40,671 bases of DNA from a virus. The stretch lies in IMG/VR virus record IMGVR_UViG_3300050014_000199. One strand, given 5' to 3'. Made by a program: the position numbers and the translations under genes. Position 1 is the first letter of the stretch, and each line of letters starts with the position of its first letter. The notes beneath the pieces are model-generated. The model saw nothing but the letters and a program-made list of their open reading frames with translations, was not told where the DNA came from and did not search any database. Positions 23,325 to 32,423 of this stretch are shown here, in pieces.

Positions 23325-25079
23325 ATGACAGTACAAGATAAAGCAACTCTGAAGGGATATTTCAACACGGGCGACGTGCCCAGTGAAGCGAATTTTGCGG
23401 ATTTGGTTGATTCGATGGGGATCATTATCGACGGTATGTATGTGATGTCTACATTTCAAAGCCTTTTTGGCGCGGGCTTAATTATATTAACATCCAGTAA
23501 TGGCACAACATGGGATTCTCCCTATGCTGCTCCGGTCTACATTGATGGTGCGATTATCTCGCTTCGCGATCCGTCAATTATGAAATACAACAGTGCTTAC
23601 TGGGTTGCATACACATCAGTCACGAGCGACAATGGGACGGGCGGAGATCAGGTTGGTGGCATGGTCACTGGGAGTAGTTTTAGAATTGCCAGCGCCCCAA
23701 GTCTACGCGGCCCGTGGACGCTTTTGGCAGATGTTGCCACAGGCCTAGGATCAACTAAGACCTGGGCTCCAGAATGGTTTGTCGATGATGCCGATGGGTC
23801 GGTGTCGATTACATTTTCAGCCGGGGCAGCATACCCGAACATGTCCCTATACCTCATCACGGCTACAAATACTGCATTGACAACATGGGGAGCGCCGACA
23901 TTGCTCCTGAGCGCTCAGAAAATTGACCCATTCCTGGTTAAAAAAACAGGAACATATTATCTTTGGTATAAAGATGTTACCACTAACCTCATACAATATG
24001 CTTCATCCAGTACACGTACCGGAACATATACGCCGCAAACGACTGGAAACTGGGCAGGATTCGCTGCGGTGTATGAAGGGGAGTGCATTGTACAACTAAA
24101 TACTACTACGTGGCGTTTGTACATGGATCATTGGATAAGTACACTTGGCATTCATTACAGTGATTCCAGCGATAATTGGGCGACATGGAGCACCCCCGTA
24201 CAAATTAATTATGATCCTGCGGCCAGTACCCACCCGACAGATAACAGCGTGCCTATTTATGACCACGCGACAATAATTCGTATTGTTGACGCGGATGGTA
24301 TTCAAAGTGTGCTAGAAGACACCTTGACCCGAGACATCGCACCTCCCGCGACCCCTGGGATATATTTACGACCAAATTCAAAACACTTTCGGCTGACCAA
24401 TGAAAGATGGAGTGCCGAAAGTAGACTTGCTATCAAACCCAAAAATGCTACTGACGGTATGTTTCTGGATTTATTTAGTGGCCCCGCAGATAGCAGCAAG
24501 GACATAGGGTTTGCTCTCTTTCCGGGGTCAACCCCTGAAGTTATTGGGTCGGCGATATGGGGAGAATTTATCTATAACCACACACTAAATGCGTTCATTT
24601 TACATTCGGGTTATTCGGGTGCCACTTGTGTCCCGATTGTACTTTATACCGAGAATAACCCCAACCAACTCAGGCTCAATATTGACGGTAGTATCAGTGT
24701 TGGATTTGCAACAACTGCCGGAGATTTGTTGGAACTACATAAAAATCAAGCCGCTCCAACCCGCGTTGTTGTTTACAACAGTGATGCCGGCGGAACAACC
24801 GCTTTTGGTCTTCGTTATGGAGCAAATCAGTTTTGGGGAGGCTGGATGCAATATGACAACGCGACAAACATTATGTCTATCCAGAACTACCACGGTGGCT
24901 CTTTTGGTTTATTGCAGCTTAATCCGTCCGGCGGTAGTGTTGTTATATGTTCGGCCCTAGAAGGATTTTATAACCATGCAGCCGCAGCTCAACCCACCAA
25001 GGCGGGACATAATAACTGGGCCGCCGTGAGTGATGTAGTCGCCGCCCTAGTTGCAATTGGCATATTCGATGCGGCATAG
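23325..25079 (+). CDS. tail fibre / receptor-binding protein with beta-propeller glycosidase-like domain, 584 aa
   Basis: N-terminus LKGYFNTGDVPSEANFADLVDS is a recurrent fibre N-terminal motif. DPSIMKYNSAYWVAYTS, WAPEWFVDD, IDPFLVKKTGTYYLWYKD and EGECIV...WRLYMD look like GH43/32-type blades. Confidence 0.55.
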   Translation: MTVQDKATLKGYFNTGDVPSEANFADLVDSMGIIIDGMYVMSTFQSLFGAGLIILTSSNGTTWDSPYAAPVYIDGAIISLRDPSIMKYNSAYWVAYTSVTSDNGTGGDQVGGMVTGSSFRIASAPSLRGPWTLLADVATGLGSTKTWAPEWFVDDADGSVSITFSAGAAYPNMSLYLITATNTALTTWGAPTLLLSAQKIDPFLVKKTGTYYLWYKDVTTNLIQYASSSTRTGTYTPQTTGNWAGFAAVYEGECIVQLNTTTWRLYMDHWISTLGIHYSDSSDNWATWSTPVQINYDPAASTHPTDNSVPIYDHATIIRIVDADGIQSVLEDTLTRDIAPPATPGIYLRPNSKHFRLTNERWSAESRLAIKPKNATDGMFLDLFSGPADSSKDIGFALFPGSTPEVIGSAIWGEFIYNHTLNAFILHSGYSGATCVPIVLYTENNPNQLRLNIDGSISVGFATTAGDLLELHKNQAAPTRVVVYNSDAGGTTAFGLRYGANQFWGGWMQYDNATNIMSIQNYHGGSFGLLQLNPSGGSVVICSALEGFYNHAAAAQPTKAGHNNWAAVSDVVAALVAIGIFDAA

Positions 25080-25089
25080 GAGGATACCG

Positions 25090-25269
25090 ATGGACGAGCA
25101 GAAATCAGAACAGCAATTAGCTGAAGAATTTATTGCCGAGTACAAGGCGCTGTGCGAGAAGCACGGCCTGACGATCAACGTCACGCCCATCTGGAAGCAG
25201 TCACTGGATACCGGTGATTGGCGGCTAGTGCTGCAAACCAGCGTACAGAAGTTGCATGGGGCACGCTAG
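25090..25269 (+). CDS. hypothetical protein, 59 aa
   Basis: GGAGGA RBS before the ATG at 25090. Confidence 0.45.
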   Translation: MDEQKSEQQLAEEFIAEYKALCEKHGLTINVTPIWKQSLDTGDWRLVLQTSVQKLHGAR

Positions 25270-25356
25270 CAGGATGGTCCCCGCCAGTTGTGCCCGCGCT
25301 GTGGGCGGTGCAGTGAACGCGATTAGCTTCGCCGCCGAGGTGTATAAGGTACAAGA

Positions 25357-25602
25357 GTGAGCGAAATTACTGCTATCCGCTTTCAGGCGCAGGTATTCAA
25401 GGTGCAAACGATGATTGATGGCGGTATCCGTTTGACACTTGATTTAGTGGAAGTGGTACAACCCACCGTAATCGTGGCACTATTTGAGGCGAAGTATCCA
25501 GGCATACTATTAGAGGTTGCGGCGCTTGCCGTTGTAAAACAAAAAGGAAACAATGCCATTTCGGAAGGGCCAAAGCGGAAATCCAAATGGACGTCCGCAT
25601 AA
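25357..25602 (+). CDS. hypothetical protein, 81 aa (GTG start)
   Basis: ORF immediately upstream of the terminase and overlapping it by 50 nt. Confidence 0.4.
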   Translation: MSEITAIRFQAQVFKVQTMIDGGIRLTLDLVEVVQPTVIVALFEAKYPGILLEVAALAVVKQKGNNAISEGPKRKSKWTSA

Positions 25603-27139
25603 AGACAGAACATTAACCATGATACTTGAGATCGCGGGCAATAGGACGGTTGAAACAAGCGATGGTAAACACGTCGCTCGTAAACGTTTAATGGCTGATT
25701 TACTCTGGAGAGCAATTCACGAAGGCAAGATTGAGCTACCCAATGGTAAAGTCATGGATGTTAGCCCCGACGACTGGTTTGGCATGGCGCAATTCTTATA
25801 TAAGCACATTGACGGTCCGCCTGCACCTCCCTCTGATGTGTCTGACAATCAGACCGCTGAGGCGCAACCGCTCACCCTACCCGCCGATGCTATCGCCCCC
25901 TCGTTCCTAAACGTCTACCGCGACATTCGGGACCGCCGGCATACCGAATACCTGTTCTTTGGGGGACGTGGATCTACAAAGTCTAGCTTTGTCAGTCTGG
26001 TAACGATCTACCTGCTGGTCAATAACCCCGAACTTCATGCCCTTGCCTGTCGCCAGGTTGGGAATACGTTACGGGATAGTGTGTTCTCGCAGTTGCAATG
26101 GGCTATTGGTGAATTGGGGTTGTCTGACAAGTTCAAATGCACGACCAACCCGCTTGAGATTGAATACCTACCAACAAAGCAGAAAATCTATTTCCGGGGC
26201 GCCGATGACCCGTTGAAGATCAAGTCAATCAAACCGGCATTCGGCTATATCGGTATCTTGTGGTTTGAAGAGTTGGACAGTTTCCACGGCCCCGAGCAGG
26301 TGCGCTCGATTGAGCAGTCTGCCATCCGCGGTGGCGACGAAGCGTTTATATTCAAGAACTTCAACCCGCCCCGAACGTCACAGAACTGGGCGAACAAATA
26401 TGTCCAGATCCCGAAGGCGACGCAGTACCAGCACAAGAGCGATTACACGACTGTCCCCGCTGAATGGCTGGGTAAGACGTTCCTGGAAGAAGCAGAGCAT
26501 TTACAGGCGGTCAACCCCGCGGCTTACGATCACGAATACCTGGGCATTGTCAACGGAACGGGTGGCCAGGTGTTTGAAAACGTGATCATTCGCAAGATCA
26601 CCGACGAAGAGATTGCACAATTCGACCGGGTAACACATGGCCTTGACTGGGGCTTCTACCCCGACCCGGCGCATTATTCGCGGGTGCATTATGACGCAGC
26701 CAGGATGACACTCTATATCTTTGGCGAGTATCGAACATGGAAGATGTCCAACAAGGATTTATATACTGTCCTATATGGCACGAGAGACGAGAAGGGCAAG
26801 GTCATCACAAGGGGCCTGGGCATGACGCCGGAGGATACCCTGATTTGCGATAGTGCGGAGCCCAAGAGCGTGGCTGACTTCAGGGAGTACGGCGCCTCAG
26901 CTCGTGGCGCAGAAAAGGGTCCCGAGTCAGTTAAATACAGCATGAAGTGGCTCGCGTCCTTAAAGTCCATTGTAATTGACAACGAACGTGCGCCCTATTC
27001 GGCTGAAGAGTTCTTGGATTATGAATTTGAACGCACAATTGACGGGGATCTAATTGCTGATTACCCGGACAAAAACAATCACGCAATCGATAGCGTGAGA
27101 TATTCAACCAATATGATTTGGAGACGTAGAGGACAATAA
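25553..27139 (+). CDS. terminase large subunit (terL): terminase large subunit (PBSX-type) with ~105-aa N-terminal small-subunit-like extension
   Basis: Walker A FFGGRGSTKS with the downstream ATPase/nuclease layout. N-terminus FRKGQSGNPNGRP motif. Single uninterrupted frame. Confidence 0.85.
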   Translation: MPFRKGQSGNPNGRPHKDRTLTMILEIAGNRTVETSDGKHVARKRLMADLLWRAIHEGKIELPNGKVMDVSPDDWFGMAQFLYKHIDGPPAPPSDVSDNQTAEAQPLTLPADAIAPSFLNVYRDIRDRRHTEYLFFGGRGSTKSSFVSLVTIYLLVNNPELHALACRQVGNTLRDSVFSQLQWAIGELGLSDKFKCTTNPLEIEYLPTKQKIYFRGADDPLKIKSIKPAFGYIGILWFEELDSFHGPEQVRSIEQSAIRGGDEAFIFKNFNPPRTSQNWANKYVQIPKATQYQHKSDYTTVPAEWLGKTFLEEAEHLQAVNPAAYDHEYLGIVNGTGGQVFENVIIRKITDEEIAQFDRVTHGLDWGFYPDPAHYSRVHYDAARMTLYIFGEYRTWKMSNKDLYTVLYGTRDEKGKVITRGLGMTPEDTLICDSAEPKSVADFREYGASARGAEKGPESVKYSMKWLASLKSIVIDNERAPYSAEEFLDYEFERTIDGDLIADYPDKNNHAIDSVRYSTNMIWRRRGQ

Positions 27140-27140
27140 C

Positions 27141-27665
27141 ATGACCAGACTTTTGACGAATAACGAATATGCACAATCGGTAGTATCAGTAGACGGTGAT
27201 GGAAATATTGCGATAGTGAGTAAGGGTTTTTCCATCCCCGTTACCCTAACCGTGACGAATGGTGTGTATACCATTGCGGATGTGGTGGGCGGATTGATAA
27301 CCTTCGCGGGTGCTGGATCTGCGGCTGGCAAGCGAAGCATGATCCACACCATCACCCTGGCAGGCGTGGCCGCATTGGCTTACGAGTTGTGGTTCTTCGG
27401 CGCTAATATTACAACGCCTGCCGCTGACAATGCGGCTTTCACCCTGGTCGCTGCCGATGCAGCGCAGTGCAAGGGTGTTATTCCTATCAACACAAGCGAT
27501 TACTTCGCTCCTGTGTCTGCGTTCAACGTGGCGTCACTGCGAAGTGTAGGGTTTGAGTTTACCTGTGTTGCTACAACCCTATACGCCTATCTGAAAGCGG
27601 TTGCGGTTACATCGCCGGGAACAACAACCCTGACCTTGACCATCAAAGGCGAATTCATTGATTGA
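27141..27665 (+). CDS. hypothetical beta-rich protein between terminase and portal, 174 aa
   Basis: Tight spacing: TAA at 27137-27139, then ATG at 27141. Confidence 0.5.
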   Translation: MTRLLTNNEYAQSVVSVDGDGNIAIVSKGFSIPVTLTVTNGVYTIADVVGGLITFAGAGSAAGKRSMIHTITLAGVAALAYELWFFGANITTPAADNAAFTLVAADAAQCKGVIPINTSDYFAPVSAFNVASLRSVGFEFTCVATTLYAYLKAVAVTSPGTTTLTLTIKGEFID

Positions 27666-27674
27666 GGTGATTAA

Positions 27675-29264
27675 ATGTTTAGTCGTATCCTCCAATGGGT
27701 AAGGGAGTGGCTTAATAAAATGTTAGATAAGGGCTCAGTCAAATCAGCTTTAGGCGTGAACGTTGTCACGTCCATTTACATGACAAATGCGCTCATGCTG
27801 TGGTCGGAGATGTATGTTGGTCGTGCCTACTGGCTCAACCAGGGTACAGCTTACGGCAGCGGCAACGGTGGCGAGAACATCCGTGATATTCGTTCCCTCA
27901 ACCTGCCCGCTGCGATTGCAGGTGAGATTGCCAGGGCCGTGACCATTGAGTTAAAGGTTGAAGTCAGCGGCGGGGCGCGTGGCGACTATCTGCAAGAACA
28001 GATCGAAGAGGTCGTGGATAAACTGCGCCAACAGGTAGAGTACGGATGCGCAAAGGGCGGTTTGATGGTCAAGCCTTATATTAACGGAAAGAATATCAGT
28101 GTGGATTATATTCAGGCTGACCAGTTCTACCCCATCGCGTTTGACGCCAACGGGCGCATCACCTCTTGTGTATTCAGTGATCAGCGCACCATCGGTGACA
28201 AATACTATACCCGCCTTGAATACCATGCCATGATGCCGGACGGGTGCAGCATCCGCAACCAGGCATTTAGAAGTCAATCACTTGGCACACTAGGAATGCC
28301 CTGTGCTTTGTCCGAGGTGGATGACTGGAAAGATATACAAGAAGAGGCGACTATCACCGGGATTGATAAGCCACTCTTTGCATACTTTCGCTTCCCACTA
28401 GCTAACAACATCGATCCGACTTCACCTCTGGGCGTTTCGTGCTACTCGAGAGCAGTGGAGTTAATCGAAAGCGCTGATACACAATGGGGTGATTTGCTTT
28501 GGGAATTTGAAAGCGGCAAGCGGGCGCTGTACGTAGATACCCTCGCTTTTGGCAAGGATAAGAACGGCAAGGCGATACTGCCTAACAAGCGTCTTTACCG
28601 GACGATCGAGCCAAACGATACGACTGCAAATATGTTTGAGGAATGGTCGCCAACCCTGCGCGAGCAGAACATCATTGCCGGGTTAGATGCAATCCTCCAA
28701 AAGATCGAGTTTGTTTGTGGACTGGCATCGGGAACGCTTTGTACTGATACCCACGGCGATACGGTCCGCACGGCAACGGAGATCAAGATTACCAAACAGC
28801 GCACCTATGCCACGATCACGGATACGCAAAAGGCACTTGAGGACGCACTCGAACAATTACTCTGGGCTATGGATACGTGGGCGACTATCGGCAAACTCGC
28901 GCCTGCCGGAAAGTACGAGGCCGTCTATGATTGGGACGATTCGGTAGTCACAGATCATGACGTGCAACTTTCGCAGGATATGCAAGTAACGACCGCTGGA
29001 TTGATGGCAAAGTATGAGTTCAGGATGCGAAACTATGGTGAGACAGAGACAATTGCCCGGCAGATGGTTGCTGAGATCCAACGGGAACAGCAGCAGGAGA
29101 TGAGTTTATTCGCTCCTTCCCCGGGCACAGGTGGGGCCGCGGGAGCGGGGAGTCCTGGTTCTGCAAATGACCCATTGGCCAAAAAAGAACAGGCGGCGAT
29201 GGAGCAGGTGGTAGCACCCAGACCAACACCGATACGGATAAGTAGGATTATAGCGGATCAATAA
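27675..29264 (+). CDS. portal protein (SPP1 gp6-like by size and position)
   Basis: 529 aa, GAGGTG RBS. Follows the terminase and precedes the minor capsid protein. Gly/Ala/Pro-rich C-terminus. Confidence 0.75.
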   Translation: MFSRILQWVREWLNKMLDKGSVKSALGVNVVTSIYMTNALMLWSEMYVGRAYWLNQGTAYGSGNGGENIRDIRSLNLPAAIAGEIARAVTIELKVEVSGGARGDYLQEQIEEVVDKLRQQVEYGCAKGGLMVKPYINGKNISVDYIQADQFYPIAFDANGRITSCVFSDQRTIGDKYYTRLEYHAMMPDGCSIRNQAFRSQSLGTLGMPCALSEVDDWKDIQEEATITGIDKPLFAYFRFPLANNIDPTSPLGVSCYSRAVELIESADTQWGDLLWEFESGKRALYVDTLAFGKDKNGKAILPNKRLYRTIEPNDTTANMFEEWSPTLREQNIIAGLDAILQKIEFVCGLASGTLCTDTHGDTVRTATEIKITKQRTYATITDTQKALEDALEQLLWAMDTWATIGKLAPAGKYEAVYDWDDSVVTDHDVQLSQDMQVTTAGLMAKYEFRMRNYGETETIARQMVAEIQREQQQEMSLFAPSPGTGGAAGAGSPGSANDPLAKKEQAAMEQVVAPRPTPIRISRIIADQ

Positions 29265-29273
29265 GGAGTTTCT

Positions 29274-29450
29274 ATGGACGCAACAGTAAATGCGGCACGC
29301 AAGGGAGCGGGCTTACCGCCAATGAGCAAACAGCAGCAGATGGATGAACTCAAAAAACAGATGAAAGACCCGAAGTTGACCGACGCAGAACGCGCTGCAA
29401 TTCAGAAGAAAATGGATGAGTTGATGAAAGAAATGAATAAAGGAAAGTAA
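29274..29450 (+). CDS. small Lys/Glu-rich helical protein, 58 aa (below the track cut-off)
   Basis: AAGGAG RBS. TAATG overlap with the next gene. Confidence 0.45.
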   Translation: MDATVNAARKGAGLPPMSKQQQMDELKKQMKDPKLTDAERAAIQKKMDELMKEMNKGK

Positions 29451-30556
29451 TGCTTACGGCGGCGCAGTTCGATTCTTTATCAACCCCGATTGTCGATCTC
29501 TACGAGACATACAATCAATCCGTAATTAACGATATTGCGCGGCGTCTTGTTAAATTAAACATGACAAGTACGGCGGCCTGGCAAATGCAACGGCTCACAG
29601 AGAGTGGGAAAGTCTACGAAAAGGCGCTGGAAGAATTATCCCGATTGACCGGAAAGAGTGAAGCAACTTTACGCAAACTGTTTGAGGATGCCGGTGTAAA
29701 AGCAATCCGTTTTGACGATGCAATCTATAAGGCGGCTGGACTTAATCCAATTCCCTTGAATCTATCGCCATCAATGTTGAATGTTCTTTTGGCGGGGCTG
29801 CGCAAAACAAATGCAGTCATGCGCAATCTAACTATGACCACCGCGCTGACTGGACAACAGGCGTTTGTCAATGCGGCGGACTTGGCTTATATGCAAGTGT
29901 CGTCAGGTGCAATGAGTTATGACCAGGCAGTCCGGGCAGCAGTCAAGCAAGTGGCGGCAGATGGGTTATCGATGATCCAATACGGTGGGAAAGCTGACCA
30001 ATTGGATGTGAGCATGAGGCGTACCGTTCTAACAGGGGTGGCCCAGACCACCGGCAATCTTACAATGGCGCGGGCCGATGAAATGGGTACGGATCTGGTT
30101 CAGACAAGCGCACACGCGGGCGCACGACCCACCCATGAGGTATGGCAGGGCAAGGTATTCAGTCGGTCGGGAACTAACCCCAAGTATCCAGACTTTGTGT
30201 CATCAACTGATTACGGGTCGGTCACTGGTTTATGTGGAATAAATTGTAGGCATTCATTTTACCCATTCTTTGAGGGATTGTCCGAGAACGCCTACAGCCA
30301 GGAAGCCTTGAATAACGACTATAACGGTCAAACTGTTACTTACCAGGGAAATGAAATCGACCAATATAAGGCATCACAGATACAACGGTCGATTGAAGTC
30401 AAGATCAGGGATTTCAAGCGCCAGGTAGGGGCGCTTGACGCAGCCGGGTTGGATAATTCAGCGGAGACGGCCAAAGTTTCTGCATGGCAGGCGCAGATGC
30501 GTGACTTCATTCGTCAGACCGATTTGCAGCGGCAAAGGGTCAGGGAACAGATATGA
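29450..30556 (+). CDS. minor capsid / head morphogenesis protein (Phage_min_cap2 / SPP1 gp7-like)
   Basis: N-terminus PIVDLYETYNQSVINDIARRL. GARPTHEVWQGKVF...GINCRHSFYPFFEG. Confidence 0.7.
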   Translation: MLTAAQFDSLSTPIVDLYETYNQSVINDIARRLVKLNMTSTAAWQMQRLTESGKVYEKALEELSRLTGKSEATLRKLFEDAGVKAIRFDDAIYKAAGLNPIPLNLSPSMLNVLLAGLRKTNAVMRNLTMTTALTGQQAFVNAADLAYMQVSSGAMSYDQAVRAAVKQVAADGLSMIQYGGKADQLDVSMRRTVLTGVAQTTGNLTMARADEMGTDLVQTSAHAGARPTHEVWQGKVFSRSGTNPKYPDFVSSTDYGSVTGLCGINCRHSFYPFFEGLSENAYSQEALNNDYNGQTVTYQGNEIDQYKASQIQRSIEVKIRDFKRQVGALDAAGLDNSAETAKVSAWQAQMRDFIRQTDLQRQRVREQI

Positions 30557-30558
30557 GA

Positions 30559-30954
30559 TTACAACAATCCCAGTACAACCTCGCGCATCTTCTCAGAGTT
30601 CTTTCCACTGATAATCGGTATTTCGCGCAATGTACCATCGGTGAGGGTTAACTCAACGTGTCTGCCCCAACCTTTCAAGTTGATGCCAGTAATGTTCCTT
30701 ATCAGGATATCCGATTTCTTGGGGAAGGCCAGAGCCATCGTGCCACCTCGTTTATCCACGATGGAAATCCGGTTAGGGTATACCTCCAGGATGAACAAAC
30801 CGAAGTTATTATATTTGAAAAGCGGGATCAATGGATCAGGCGGCTTTGGAATAGTTATCACTGGCGGCTTGATGACTTCTTGCGGAGCGCCACAACTTGG
30901 GCATGTTTGGGCATCATCTTTCATTCCACGATTGCAATATCGACAGGTTTTCAT
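30559..30954 (-). CDS. reverse-strand moron: zinc-ribbon plus PH-like domain protein, 131 aa
   Basis: CRYCN...CPSCG N-terminus and Pro-rich linker. The only minus-strand gene inside the structural module. AT-rich. Confidence 0.55.
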   Translation of the reverse strand: MKTCRYCNRGMKDDAQTCPSCGAPQEVIKPPVITIPKPPDPLIPLFKYNNFGLFILEVYPNRISIVDKRGGTMALAFPKKSDILIRNITGINLKGWGRHVELTLTDGTLREIPIISGKNSEKMREVVLGLL

Positions 30955-31155
30955 AGGTTAATCCTTTGTGAAAGAATAAAATTATTGCAACACAATTATT
31001 ATAGCGTTTATTGCCAGTCGGGAGCATAGATTATATGAGTATTGAGATGCGTTCATTCCTGATGTTACTCTACTCATTCTGCAAGCAGTATATTTCATGG
31101 TATGAAACGCAGATCAAGGTGAAATGTAACATTCAAAGGCAAGAGGTGTAAATAG

Positions 31156-31183
31156 TTGCATTATTTCACAAATGGTATATAAT
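31156..31183 (+). promoter_or_regulatory. promoter TTGCAT-16-TATAAT
   Basis: TTGCAT at 31156-31161 and TATAAT at 31178-31183. A TGgTATATA extended -10 alternative also exists. Confidence 0.5.
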
Positions 31184-31242
31184 AAGTGTGTTACAGCGTC
31201 ATGCTTTCGGGCAGGGCGCGGCATAAACGAGTGGGACGTGAA

Positions 31243-31291
31243 AACGCCACGCTTTACCAGATTAGAACCTGGCAGAGCGCGGCGTTTTTTT
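31243..31291 (+). terminator. intrinsic terminator/attenuator upstream of the endonuclease VII gene
   Basis: AACGCCACGC...GCGCGGCGTT (one A-C mismatch) followed by TTTTTTT. An inner CCAG/CTGG pairing extends it. Confidence 0.55.
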
Positions 31292-31303
31292 GTTGAGGAG
31301 TAA

Positions 31304-31813
31304 ATGGAACAAACTCGAAGATGTAAGCGTTGTGGTCAAGAAAAAATACTAGACGAATTTCAACCAGGGTCTTGGGACCCTGGGAATAAGGTGATATGTG
31401 CTGAATATCACAAGAATCCCCTGATTGAAATCCGTTGGTGTGTTTCCTGCCAAGAGATGCCCCCCGTGTATCAATTGTCCGAAAAGGTAGATGTATCAAC
31501 GCTGGAATCTAAGGGTAAGTATTTGAAGAGAACATACGAGATATCGCTTAAAAGATACGAGGAATTATTCCAGGCTCAATTTGGAGTTTGTGCAATATGT
31601 CATAAACCCCCTACAGAAGAAAAGCCTTTTTTGGTTGTAGATCATGACCATGAAACTGGAAAAGTCAGAGGATTACTCTGCAACAAGTGCAACATGGCAA
31701 TAGGATTATTTGATGACTTGACGGATAACTTACGCTCCGCAGTCAGATATTTGAACACCAGTCATGCTGAAGACTTAAAAAACAGCAGTCCTGATGGCGG
31801 AGAGGCCATCTAA
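31304..31813 (+). CDS. endonuclease VII family nuclease, second copy, 169 aa
   Basis: CAICH...LVVDHDHETGKVRGLLCNKCNMAIG. GAGGAG RBS. AT-rich. Confidence 0.8.
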   Translation: MEQTRRCKRCGQEKILDEFQPGSWDPGNKVICAEYHKNPLIEIRWCVSCQEMPPVYQLSEKVDVSTLESKGKYLKRTYEISLKRYEELFQAQFGVCAICHKPPTEEKPFLVVDHDHETGKVRGLLCNKCNMAIGLFDDLTDNLRSAVRYLNTSHAEDLKNSSPDGGEAI

Positions 31814-31856
31814 AAGATTTTCTTTAGACAGCACGTATAGACAGGAGAACAGGATC

Positions 31857-32411
31857 ATGAACAAAAAGGAATTAGTTGCTCTCGGAGTTTCAGAAGAAGT
31901 TGCAGACCAGATCGTTGTTCTGCATGGTAAGGACATCGAATCGCATAAAGCGAAACTTGCCACAGCACAGGCTGAAGTTGACGGACTGAAAGGTCAGTTG
32001 ACTGAGGCCGGGACCGCCATCGAGGGCTTCAAAAAGCTGGACGTGGAAGGCGTAAAGAAAAGCGCCGATGAGTGGAAGACCAAATACGACCAAGCAACTG
32101 CCGACGCCGTGAAACAGGTCTCCTCGCTCAAGTTCGATCATGCACTTGAAAGCGCCCTAACCGGCGCAAAAGTCAGGGATATGGTATCGGTCAAGGCCCA
32201 TCTTAAGGCCGACGCGCTCAAGCTCAACGAGGACGGTTCAATCTTGGGCCTGAAAGAGCAACTCGATACACTCAAATCTTCAAAGGACTTCCTGTTCGAA
32301 AGCGACACACCCACCCCTAGGATCGTTTCTGGGGGGCAAAACAGATCAGTTCTTGGTGATTCGGTAGTAGACGCGGCTCGAAAGGCCGCAGGACTGCCAC
32401 CCGCCAAATAA
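31857..32411 (+). CDS. scaffolding protein (GP20-like)
   Basis: MNKKELVALGVSEEVADQIVVLHGKDIE..., coiled-coil, directly upstream of the major capsid gene. ATG at 31857 after AGGAGAAC. Confidence 0.7.
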   Translation: MNKKELVALGVSEEVADQIVVLHGKDIESHKAKLATAQAEVDGLKGQLTEAGTAIEGFKKLDVEGVKKSADEWKTKYDQATADAVKQVSSLKFDHALESALTGAKVRDMVSVKAHLKADALKLNEDGSILGLKEQLDTLKSSKDFLFESDTPTPRIVSGGQNRSVLGDSVVDAARKAAGLPPAK

Positions 32412-32423
32412 GGAAAATAAGTA

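Noticed and set aside
31035-31151. 38-aa plus-strand ORF (MSIEMRSFLMLLYSF...) in the spacer of the head-module insert
   Set aside because: It has no RBS and overlaps the candidate promoter region, so it is unsupported.
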